Assembly (NCBI GenBank): GCA_022482925.1
Contig: JAKVOG010000008.1
Coordinates: 73,245-137,244, forward strand
Reading direction: 5' to 3'
DNA length: 64,000 nt
Source: Selenomonas sp.
Lineage (GTDB): Bacteria > Bacillota > Negativicutes > Selenomonadales > Selenomonadaceae
Program-made: the position numbers and the translations under genes
In this document: piece after piece, positions 22,418-31,437 of the stretch
Layout of the letters: every line of letters starts with the position of its first letter
Numbering within the stretch: the stretch's first letter is position 1
Notes under the pieces: generated by a model
Databases searched by the model: none
What the model was told of the DNA's origin: nothing
The model's input: only the letters and a program-made list of their open reading frames with translations

Positions 22418-23360
22418 GTGGTTGAGGTATTGACATTTGGAGAACCGATGGGCCTGATGGTCGCGGATGAGGTAAAGCCGCTGAAGGATGTAGAGCACTT
22501 CACTCGCTATGTCTGTGGGGCGGAGGTCAATTTCTCAGTCGGACTTTCACGGCTGGGGCATTCGGTCGCATATGTATCAAAGGTCGGGCAGGATCCGTTT
22601 GGTGAACACATCTGCGATTTCCTGGCTGCGAATAAAATAGAGAATGGCTATGTGAAGGTGGATAAGGAATATCTGACCGGAATGCAGCTCAAGGCTAAGG
22701 TCCTTGATGGTGATCCGCTGGTTGTCAATTTCCGCAAAAACTCTGCGTTCTCCCATTTTCAGCCGGAAGAATTGTCCGGTATTGACTGGTCGGGCGTCAA
22801 GCATGTTCATGTAACCGGTATTTCAGCGGCCTTGTCCGAGAGCTGCCGTGCTGCCGGCAGCCAGACTCATGGATACAGCCAAAGCGAAGGTATTCGCGTA
22901 TCGTTCGATCCGAACCTTCGTCCCGGCACTCTGGCCGGACAAACAGGAGATGGTCGTGTCATCAATGCATTGGCAGCCAAGGCAGACATTGTATTGCCGG
23001 GAATCAGTGAAGGTGAGACGCTGATGGGATCCCGCGATCCGGAAGCGATTGCCGACTTCTATCTGGGGCAGGGCTCCAAAGCCGTCGTCGTCAAGGTCGG
23101 TGCGAAGGGATCCTTTCGTCAAGACCAGCGAAGGCGAGACGTTTGAGTCGCCGGGATTCAAGGTAGAGCATGTAGTTGATACGGTTGGTGCTGGCGATGG
23201 TTTTGCTGTCGGCACGATCAGTGCATTGCTCGAGGGCAAGAGCCTCAAAGAAGCGGCTCATCGTGGAGCGGCAATCGGTGCACTGGCTATCATGGTCGCT
23301 GGCGATAATGAAGGCCTGCCAACCCGCGACAAGCTTGAATCATTCATGGACAACAATTAA
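22418..23360 (+). CDS. kdgK: 2-keto-3-deoxygluconate kinase (PfkB family), frameshifted
   Basis: GAEVN...LSRLG, VSFDPNLRP, VVDTVGAGDGF; break near 23115 plus compensated shifts near 22860-22950. Confidence 0.88.
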
Positions 23361-23390
23361 TTCTTTTATACTACAGGAGGCAGATTTAAG

Positions 23391-24234
23391 ATGGATGTAC
23401 GTTATTCGGTCAACCCGGTTGATTTCAAGCGTTATAATACGGAAGAAGTCCGCAAGGAATTTATGATCGAGAAACTTTTTGAGGCAGATAAGGTTACAGT
23501 AGTCTATTCTCATGTTGACCGTATGGTCACCTTCGGCTGCATGCCAGTAAAAGAGACGGTTGCGCTTGATAAGGGCATCGATGTCTGGCACAGCTTTGGT
23601 ACTAAATTTATCCTGGAGCGCCGCGAGATCGGTATCTTCAATGTCGGTGGTTCGGGTGCGATTACGGCTGATGGGAAAGAGTATAAGCTGGGCTATAAGG
23701 ACTGCCTGTATATCACGATGGGGACTAAGGATGTTGCATTCAAGAGCGATGATGCTGCAAAGCCGGCAAAATTCTACATGGTTTCGGCACCAGCTCATAA
23801 GCCGTGCAAAACCACGCTGCTGACGCTGGCTGATGCGCGCAAGGTTCCCTGCGGTTCCATGGAGCAGGCCAATGACCGTGTCATCAATCAGTTCATCCAT
23901 CCGGATGTTCTGGAGACCTGTCAGCTGTCTATGGGCATGACAGCCCTGAAGCCGGGCAGTGTCTGGAATACGATGCCGGCGCATACGCATGAGCGTCGTA
24001 TGGAGATCTATTTCTATTTCGAGGTACCGGAAGAAGATGTTGTATTCCATATGATGGGGACAGGGAGATGAGACCCGTCATATCGTCATGAAGAGTGAGC
24101 AGGCAGTCATCAGCCCGTCCTGGAGCATTCATGCCGGCTGCGGTACGTCGAACTATACCTTTATCTGGGCTATGGGCGGCGAAAACAAGACTTTCGATGA
24201 TATGGATGATATCCGGAAAGTCGATCTGAAATAA
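23391..24234 (+). CDS. kduI: 5-keto-4-deoxyuronate isomerase, frameshift near 24065
   Basis: [35 protein letters not shown]; the C-terminus (SPSWSIHAG...FIWAMGGEN) is in another frame. Confidence 0.95.
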
Positions 24235-24302
24235 ACGTGTCCTGGTGAGGACAGGCTTGCTGGCTACAGCAGGCAGCTTTTTTGAAGGGAGCATCTATCG
24301 TT

Positions 24303-25088
24303 ATGGATATGAGCAAACAATTTTCCCTTGAGGGCAAAGTCGCTCTCATCACTGGTGCCGCTTACGGCATCGGCTATGCAATCGCCAAGGCGTATGCCGC
24401 GGCTGGCGCTAAGATCGCATTCAACTGCCGTGGGCAGGAGCATATGGATAAGGCTTTGGCTGCCTATAAGAAAGATGGCATTGAGGCTCATGGCTATATC
24501 TGTGATGTCACGAAAGAAGACGAAGTCCAGCAGATGGTTGCCGATATCGAAAAAGAGCTGGGGACTGTTGATATCCTGGTCAACAATGCCGGTATCATCA
24601 AACGGATTCCGATGCTGGAGATGAAGGCGGAAGAGTTCCGGCAGGTCGTTGACATCGATCTGAATGCACCGTTCATTGTGTCGAAAGCGGTCATCCCGGG
24701 CATGCAGAAAAAAGGGCATGGCAAGATCATCAACATCTGTTCGATGATGAGCGAGCTTGGCCGTGAAACCGTTTCAGCTTATGCCGCGGCCAAGGGCGGA
24801 CTCAAGATGCTCACGCGCAACATTGCTTCCGAGTATGGTGCCGACAATATTCAGTGCAACGGTATTGGACCGGGCTATATCGCAACGCCGCAGACCGCGC
24901 CGCTGCGTACGGAAGGCCATCCGTTCAATTCGTTTATCCTGTCCAAGACGCCGGCTAACCGTTGGGGCACGCCGGAAGATCTCATGGGACCAGCAGTATT
25001 CCTGGCTTCGGATGCATCGGATTTCGTCAATGGGCATATCCTCTATGTCGATGGCGGCATCCTGGCTTATATCGGCAAACAGCCCTGA
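24303..25088 (+). CDS. kduD: SDR 2-keto-3-deoxygluconate / gluconate 5-dehydrogenase
   Basis: TGAAYGIG, LVNNAG, YAAAK, GIGPGYI, YVDGGILAY; follows kduI. Confidence 0.88.
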   Translation: MDMSKQFSLEGKVALITGAAYGIGYAIAKAYAAAGAKIAFNCRGQEHMDKALAAYKKDGIEAHGYICDVTKEDEVQQMVADIEKELGTVDILVNNAGIIKRIPMLEMKAEEFRQVVDIDLNAPFIVSKAVIPGMQKKGHGKIINICSMMSELGRETVSAYAAAKGGLKMLTRNIASEYGADNIQCNGIGPGYIATPQTAPLRTEGHPFNSFILSKTPANRWGTPEDLMGPAVFLASDASDFVNGHILYVDGGILAYIGKQP

Positions 25089-25132
25089 ATGATTGTTAAC
25101 GGTAGAGTATGATTTTACGAGGTGTGATATAA

Positions 25133-25777
25133 ATGGATAAGAATCAGGTAGCATTGAAACTTTCCCAGCAGGGAATCATCGCAGTTGTCCGTGGCAAGAC
25201 CTGTGAAGACGGCATTAAGATCGCAGATGCCTGCATCAAGGGCGGAGTAAAAGCCATTGAGCTGGCTTTTACGACACCAAATGCACCGGTAGCCATCAAG
25301 ACGCTGGTCGAGAAATATCAGGCAGACCCGGATGTCATCATTGGTGCTGGCACGGTACTGGATACGACTTCCTGCCGTGTAGCAATCCTGCAGGGCGCGC
25401 AGTTCATCGTAGCACCGTGCTTCAATGAAGAGGTTGTACGTATGTGCAATCTGTATCGTATCGTTTCCTGCCCGGGCGTCATGACGCCGACCGAGGCTGT
25501 GGCGGCCCTGACGGCCGGAGCGGATATCATCAAGGTATTCCCGGGCGATATCGTTGGCTCCAAGATGATCAAGGACATCCATGGCCCGCTGCCACAGGCT
25601 GCGCTCATGCCGTCCGGTGGTGTCAGTGTAGACAACACGGCTGAGTGGCTTCATGCCGGTGCTGTTGCCGTCTCGGCTGGTGGCAGTCTGACTGGTGCAG
25701 CCAAGACGGGGGATTATGCTGGTGTAACGGCCAAGGCGAAAGAATTCGTCAAGGCAGTTGCCGCTGCCCGCGCCTGA
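25133..25777 (+). CDS. eda: KDPG/KHG aldolase
   Basis: IIAVVR, IELAFT, IGAGTVLD, PGVMTPTE, IKVFP, MPSGGV. Confidence 0.95.
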   Translation: MDKNQVALKLSQQGIIAVVRGKTCEDGIKIADACIKGGVKAIELAFTTPNAPVAIKTLVEKYQADPDVIIGAGTVLDTTSCRVAILQGAQFIVAPCFNEEVVRMCNLYRIVSCPGVMTPTEAVAALTAGADIIKVFPGDIVGSKMIKDIHGPLPQAALMPSGGVSVDNTAEWLHAGAVAVSAGGSLTGAAKTGDYAGVTAKAKEFVKAVAAARA

Positions 25778-25779
25778 TC

Positions 25780-25947
25780 ATGCTGCAGCTGGATAAGATC
25801 GAACAGGCCATAAAGGCCGTTGAAGCATGCTGCGGGCATTGTGAGATATGTTCCCCCACATGTCCCATCGCCATATCCCGCCGTGCGCTTACTGGGCTTA
25901 GAGATGATCTACTCGAAGCCCACAACATTTCCCCTGAACCAAAATAA
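25780..25947 (+). CDS. Small Cys-rich protein, 55 aa, CCxxCxxCxxxC
   Basis: ATG 2 nt after the eda stop; ends just before the terminator. Sequence MLQLDKIEQAIKAVEACCGHCEICSPTCPIAISRR... Confidence 0.55.
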   Translation: MLQLDKIEQAIKAVEACCGHCEICSPTCPIAISRRALTGLRDDLLEAHNISPEPK

Positions 25948-25961
25948 GACCTCTGAGTAAG

Positions 25962-26007
25962 CAAATTCCCCTGGACCGGCCGGTATCGGTTGGTCCAGGG
26001 GAATTTG
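25962..26007. terminator. Bidirectional intrinsic terminator
   Basis: caaattcccctggacc...ggtccaggggaatttg between the kdg and hyd operons. Confidence 0.9.
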
Positions 26008-26023
26008 TTTTATTGCGTTATAC

Positions 26024-27787
26024 TTAACGGAATTCGTATGGTTTGTCTACTTTATGATAATGAGTATGCAGGAGCTCATGGGCTTTTTCGCTGAGCGGTT
26101 CGCCCAGGAAGTCCTTGTAGAGCGTCTGAATCTCCGGATTTTCATGGGATTTGCGCAGCGGCAGGTTGCGGTCAATCTCATAGAGTGAAGCCATGCGTTT
26201 CTTGCGGATGGCATTGGTGGTGCCGATTGGCTGGCCACCGCCGCCGATGCAGCCGCCCGGGCAGGCCATGATCTCGATGAAATCGTAAGGGCTGGTGCCC
26301 TTCTTGACCTGTTCCATGATGAGACGGGCATTCTTGAGCGTATGGGCTACGGCGATATGGATATCCTTGCCTTTCAGCGTCACCGTGCATTCCTTGATGC
26401 CTTCGAATCCACGGACATCTGTAAAGTCGAGTTTGGCCAGCGTCTCACCCGTAACAACTTCATAGACGGTACGCAGGGCGGCTTCCATGACACCGCCGGT
26501 TGCGCCGAAGATAGCGCCAGCACCGGTGCCGGTACCCAGTGGACTGTCGAATTCAGATTCCGGCAGGTTCTGCAGCGAGAGACCGACATATTTGATGAGC
26601 TTGATGAGCTCGCGGGTCGTGAGGACGATATCGACATCGGCCATGCCGTCACGGCCCATTTCCGGACGAGCGGCTTCGAATTTCTTGGCCGTGCAGGGCA
26701 TGACTGCCACGGTGACGATATCATGGACATCGACGCCGGCTTTTTCCGGGTAGTAGGTCTTGGCCACCGCACCGAACATGCTCATCGGCGATTTGGCAGA
26801 TGACAGATGGTCGCGGCAGTCCGGGAAATGTTTCTCCATATAGTTGACCCAGCCCGGGCTGCAGGAGGTCATCATCGGCATGGTGCCGCCATTCTTGAGC
26901 CGGTCGAGGAACTCGTAGCCTTCCTCCATGATCGTGAGGTCGGCGCTGAAGACCGTGTCGAATACCTTATCAAAGCCCAGTAATTTGAGCGCGGTGACCA
27001 TCTGGCCGGTTACGATAGCGCCCGGCTCGAGGCCGAATGCATCGCCGAGGGCGACGCGGACAGCCGGGGCAACCTGTACGATGACATGCTTTTTCGGATT
27101 CTGCAGGGCATCAAGCACTTTCTGCGTATCGTCCTTCTCGACGATGGCACCGGTCGGGCAGACGAGGCTGCACTGGCCGCAGAGGATGCAGTCCGTGGCT
27201 TCCATCGGTTTGTTAAAGGCCGTGGTGACGGTGATGTCGTTGCTGCGTCCCGCATAGGTGAGGGCGGCGATGCCCTGCACATCCTTGCAGGCCTGGATAC
27301 AGCGGCCGCAGCGGATGCATTTTGATGGATCGCGGACGATCGACGGATTCGTGACGATACGCGGTTCCTCTTTGACCACGCTTGGCAGCGGGGATTCGAG
27401 AATGTTGAAGCGGCTGCAGAGACGCTGCAGGTCGCAGTTCTGGTTGCGCGGGCAGCTCAGGCAGTCTTTGTGATGGTTGGCCAGCATGAGCTGGAGGATA
27501 GATACCTGCGTATCGCGGACGATCTGCGTATCGGTATGGACATCCATGCCTTCCCAGACCTCGGTCGAGCAGGCAGCCAGCAGGCGGCGCTTGCCCGTGA
27601 CTTCTACTGAGCAGAGACGGCAATGAGCCTTGATGCGCTGGTCCTCATGATAGCAGAGATGCGGGATATCGATGCCCAGCGTCTGGGCGGCCTGCATGAT
27701 CTTGGTTCCCTTCGGGACCTGTACCGCGATATTGTTGATGGTCAGGTTGACCATCGGGACTTCTTTGGTTTCGTGTTCAGCTGCCAT
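26024..27787 (-). CDS. hydA: [FeFe]-hydrogenase group A catalytic subunit
   Basis: N-terminal 2Fe-2S, His-ligated 4Fe-4S and 2x4Fe-4S; H-cluster motifs TSCSPGW, MPCTAKKFE, EIMACPGGCIGGGGQP. Confidence 0.97.
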   Translation of the reverse strand: MAAEHETKEVPMVNLTINNIAVQVPKGTKIMQAAQTLGIDIPHLCYHEDQRIKAHCRLCSVEVTGKRRLLAACSTEVWEGMDVHTDTQIVRDTQVSILQLMLANHHKDCLSCPRNQNCDLQRLCSRFNILESPLPSVVKEEPRIVTNPSIVRDPSKCIRCGRCIQACKDVQGIAALTYAGRSNDITVTTAFNKPMEATDCILCGQCSLVCPTGAIVEKDDTQKVLDALQNPKKHVIVQVAPAVRVALGDAFGLEPGAIVTGQMVTALKLLGFDKVFDTVFSADLTIMEEGYEFLDRLKNGGTMPMMTSCSPGWVNYMEKHFPDCRDHLSSAKSPMSMFGAVAKTYYPEKAGVDVHDIVTVAVMPCTAKKFEAARPEMGRDGMADVDIVLTTRELIKLIKYVGLSLQNLPESEFDSPLGTGTGAGAIFGATGGVMEAALRTVYEVVTGETLAKLDFTDVRGFEGIKECTVTLKGKDIHIAVAHTLKNARLIMEQVKKGTSPYDFIEIMACPGGCIGGGGQPIGTTNAIRKKRMASLYEIDRNLPLRKSHENPEIQTLYKDFLGEPLSEKAHELLHTHYHKVDKPYEFR

Positions 27788-29037
27788 TATTCAGCACCTC
27801 CGACTTCAAAAACTTCCGGGAACGTCAGCATGGCTGACTGCAGCGTATTCTGGGCGGTTTCACCGAGGCCGCACAGGGAGGACATGCTCATGACCTTCGC
27901 GATGGTGGCCATGATGCGGATATCCTCTGCGGTTGCCTTATGCTCGGCAATCTTGTCCAGGATGATCTTGATGTGGAGATTGCCCTCACGGCATGGCGTG
28001 CACTGGCCGCAGCTCTCATCGGAGAAGAACTCCTGATTCATGCGCAGGAAGTCGATGACGCTCGTGCGCTGGTCGATGACGAGCAGTGCACCGGAGCCGA
28101 CCATGACGCCGGCTGCGCGCAGGTCATCATAGGTGTAAGGCGTATCGAGGATGGAGGCATCGGCAATCTTGCCGGAGGCACCTCCAAACTGGATGAGCTG
28201 GATCTCGCGGTCATGCTGGATGCCGCCGGCCAGGTTGTAGATGATGTCCCGGACGGTCGTGCCGAACGGAATCTCGAAGACACCTGGATTATTGACATTG
28301 CCGGCTACGGAGATCATCTTGGTGCCGATGGATTCGCCGACACCGCTGTTGGCGTAGATCTGTTCATCATCCATGAGCAGATGCGGGACGATGGAGAGGC
28401 TTTCGACGTTGTTCAGGCAGGTCGGGCGGGCAAAGAGCCCACTGACCTTGATGAAAGGCGGTTTCATGCGTGGACGTCCGGCCTTACCTTCGATAGAACG
28501 GATGAGAGCGGTGCCTTCGCCGCAGACATAGGCACCACCACCGGAGTAGAGATGCAGGTCGAAGTTGAAGCCCTTGCCAAGTATGTTCTCACCCAGGAAA
28601 CCGTAGTTCCTGGCCTGGCGAATCGCGTTCAGCAGCAGTGGCCGGTAGCAGGCATATTCGGCCCGCATATAAATGTAGCCATCGGTAGCACCGACGACAT
28701 AGCCGGCTATGATCAGGGCCTCGATCAGGTTAAACGGATCGTTCTTGATGAGCTCACGATCCTTAAAGGTCGTCGTCTCGCCTTCATCGGCATTGCAGAC
28801 GACGACTTTGCGTTCACCGACCACCGAGCGGGCCTGAGACCATTTACGGCCCAGCGGGTATTCCGCGCCACCACGGCCACGGACCTTGACGGACGCGATG
28901 AGATCGCAGATCTTCTCCGGATCCATGCTGACCGCTTTGCGCAGGGCCTGGAAGCCACCGACATTCATATAGGAACCGATTGATGACGTGTCATATTGTC
29001 CAAAATTCCTGGTCAGGAATTTGATGCATTTGCTCAT
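27787..29037 (-). CDS. hydB: NuoF-like diaphorase subunit, short form (416 aa)
   Basis: RGRGGAEYP, CNADEGE, GAYVCGEGTALI, ESCGQCTPCREG, SLCGLG; no extra ferredoxin domains. Confidence 0.92.
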   Translation of the reverse strand: MSKCIKFLTRNFGQYDTSSIGSYMNVGGFQALRKAVSMDPEKICDLIASVKVRGRGGAEYPLGRKWSQARSVVGERKVVVCNADEGETTTFKDRELIKNDPFNLIEALIIAGYVVGATDGYIYMRAEYACYRPLLLNAIRQARNYGFLGENILGKGFNFDLHLYSGGGAYVCGEGTALIRSIEGKAGRPRMKPPFIKVSGLFARPTCLNNVESLSIVPHLLMDDEQIYANSGVGESIGTKMISVAGNVNNPGVFEIPFGTTVRDIIYNLAGGIQHDREIQLIQFGGASGKIADASILDTPYTYDDLRAAGVMVGSGALLVIDQRTSVIDFLRMNQEFFSDESCGQCTPCREGNLHIKIILDKIAEHKATAEDIRIMATIAKVMSMSSLCGLGETAQNTLQSAMLTFPEVFEVGGAE

Positions 29038-29054
29038 ATCATTTCCTCCTCAGC

Positions 29055-29561
29055 TCAGGTCAGGGACCGCAGGAGGGCTACAATCTTTTCCTGCGAGTCC
29101 AGATGGTCGTAGATATGGCCGTTGATGCGTACGGATGGAGCGCGGTCGCATGCTCCATAGCAGGTAGTGGTCTCCAGCGTGAAGCGGCCATCATAGGTCG
29201 TCTCACCGATCTTGATATCCAGCAGGTTCTCAAGCGTCTCGAGCAGGCGTTTCGTGTCGATGACATTGACGCGGCAGGCCGGGGAACTGCAGACCTGGAT
29301 CGGATATTTGGCCCGGGGCTTCGAGGAAAGCTCACTGTAGAAATTCAGACAGTCGAAGACATTCGTGACTGGCATCGAAAGGCGGTCGGCCAGATAGTAG
29401 GCAACCGGTTCCGGTACATAGTGACGCTCATTGAGTTCCTGTACCTCCAGGAGAATGCCAACAATCTGCGTGGGATCGTTGTCATGGGACTCCAGGACGA
29501 GATCGATCTTTGCCTGGAGCTCATCAGGCAGCGGATACACTTTCGTTTGTGCGGTCAGCAT
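29055..29561 (-). CDS. hydC: NuoE-like 2Fe-2S subunit
   Basis: CSSPAC...CYGAC motif. Confidence 0.92.
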   Translation of the reverse strand: MLTAQTKVYPLPDELQAKIDLVLESHDNDPTQIVGILLEVQELNERHYVPEPVAYYLADRLSMPVTNVFDCLNFYSELSSKPRAKYPIQVCSSPACRVNVIDTKRLLETLENLLDIKIGETTYDGRFTLETTTCYGACDRAPSVRINGHIYDHLDSQEKIVALLRSLT

Positions 29562-29898
29562 AGCAAAGCCTCCTAATAAAATACGATATACGGAATAGTT
29601 ATATTATATAATAAATTTTTATGGATTCCCATACCTTTCCCGAAAAAACTAAGAAAAATCAAGAAAAAACTTTAAAAATTAGTAACCGGTACACACTATG
29701 GGAAATAAAGAACTTACTGGTGCTAACACGATAAGAAACAATTATATAGCGGGAAAATATTAGACTTGACAAAAACAAAAAGCAGCGAAAATATATTTTA
29801 ATAACAGTATACATATTTACAGTAATGTGCTATAATGTAGGTGTCATTAAGGGAGCTTGTAAATAGACTTCATAAGGAATTTATGGGGGGTTGTTTAT

Positions 29899-30138
29899 AT
29901 GGCTATCAAGAACATTGAAATGGACCGTCGTGACAGTGCGAGTTATCGCAAAATTTTGAAACGAGGAGGTTTCCTTTCTGCAAGTTACTTGTCTGTCAAT
30001 GGCTTTGACGTGACCCAGCTCAGGAAGCTGGCTCTTGCAGGCAAGCTTGACGCAGTTCGCTGCGCCATTGGTAAATCAATCCGCTGGTACTACCGGGAAC
30101 GGCAGGCGGAAAATGCTCACCTTCGTGGCCAGGCATGA
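29899..30138 (+). CDS. Small basic protein with an excisionase/MerR-like winged-HTH pattern
   Basis: Extended -10 TGcTATAAT, GGGGGG RBS and a terminator near 30183-30213; QLRKLALAGKLDAVRCAIGKSIRWYY. Confidence 0.65.
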   Translation: MAIKNIEMDRRDSASYRKILKRGGFLSASYLSVNGFDVTQLRKLALAGKLDAVRCAIGKSIRWYYRERQAENAHLRGQA

Positions 30139-30271
30139 TGGACAATGCATCGTGTTTGTAATCTTATCTATTGTAGATTCAGGAATCGGCATCTGCCGGT
30201 TCTATTTTTTTTTCTTTTATCCAGGAAATGATGATAAAATAATGAAGATAGAAAGAAGAGGAGGAGTTCAG

Positions 30272-31417
30272 TTGGGGCTTTTTGGAACCATCTTGGTTAC
30301 CTTTACATTGCTGGTGTTGGTGTTGTCACTTTGGTGCAGCCGTTATCTGGTTGCTGGCAGGCGCTGGCAAATGGTGGTGGCAGTGCTGATCCTGTTCAAT
30401 GGAGGGACGGCCTGGTTCATTATGAGTAATGATCGCTGGGTACATCAAGCCTCGGCCGGGACGGGACTGGCGGTCAGCTGGGATATCATTGTTTTCATGG
30501 GGCAGCTGATTACCTGTGTACTGGTCTTGCTGGCTGTACTTACCCGTTGGGGTTGGCAGCGGATGATGCAGGTGCCGGTGGATGGATCGAGGCGGCGGCT
30601 GTTGAAGAAGGCTGCGCTCTATCCGGCAGCGGCGGCGGGACTCAGTCTGTATGGCGGTCTGTATGAGCGGAATCATGTCGTAGAGCGTTCGTATACGATT
30701 CCCATGACAGCGACAAAGGCCTTGACTGGGTATCGGATAGCCCAGATCAGTGATATCCATTTGGGGCCATTCTTCCGAATCGAGGCGCTGCGGGCCTTGC
30801 TGGAACAGGCGGTGAATGGCGGGGCGGATCTGCTGGCGGTTACGGGGGACCTGTTTGATGACGTAAGCCAGAATCCGGCAGCAGCCCGGCTGCTGGAGGA
30901 ATATGTCGACCGATTCCCTGACGGGATATGGTTTTGTCTGGGCAATCATGAATATTATCGTGGCTTGCCGGAGATCCAGCGGCTGCTGGCACAGACCCGT
31001 GTGCATGCATTGTACAACACAGCGGCACAAGTGCCGGGGCATAATCTATGGCTTGCCGGGGTGGAGTATTCGTTTGCCAAGGGCGAAGGGCCATTCCGGC
31101 AGCAGCGTCATGACTATCTGGCTCAGGCGATGTCTGCTGTGCCGGATGGTGCACCGGTAGTATTGCTGGCGCATCATCCGGAGTTTATCGATGAGGCAGC
31201 TGAGCGGCATATTCCTCTGACGCTGACCGGACATACGCATGGCAGCCAGTTCGGGATATTCGGGCTGCCGTTGTTTCCTGTGTTTAAGTATACGCGTGGC
31301 ATGGTGCAGATCGGATCTTCTTATGGCTATGTCCACAGCGGCAATGGCAGCTGGTTCCCTTTCCGGATCGGCTGTCCGCCGGAACTGGCGTATTTCAATA
31401 TACAGGCAGAACAGTGA
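30272..31417 (+). CDS. Membrane-anchored calcineurin-like metallophosphoesterase (YkuE/YaeI-like)
   Basis: DIH, GDLFD, GNHE, LAHHP, GHTHG; N-terminal TMs; TTG start follows GAGGAGG. Confidence 0.92.
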   Translation: MGLFGTILVTFTLLVLVLSLWCSRYLVAGRRWQMVVAVLILFNGGTAWFIMSNDRWVHQASAGTGLAVSWDIIVFMGQLITCVLVLLAVLTRWGWQRMMQVPVDGSRRRLLKKAALYPAAAAGLSLYGGLYERNHVVERSYTIPMTATKALTGYRIAQISDIHLGPFFRIEALRALLEQAVNGGADLLAVTGDLFDDVSQNPAAARLLEEYVDRFPDGIWFCLGNHEYYRGLPEIQRLLAQTRVHALYNTAAQVPGHNLWLAGVEYSFAKGEGPFRQQRHDYLAQAMSAVPDGAPVVLLAHHPEFIDEAAERHIPLTLTGHTHGSQFGIFGLPLFPVFKYTRGMVQIGSSYGYVHSGNGSWFPFRIGCPPELAYFNIQAEQ

Positions 31418-31437
31418 ACTGACGAGGGGATGATGAG

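Noticed and set aside
29590-29620. Possible Rex operator upstream of hydCBA
   Set aside because: Only a weak AT-rich palindrome with too many mismatches.
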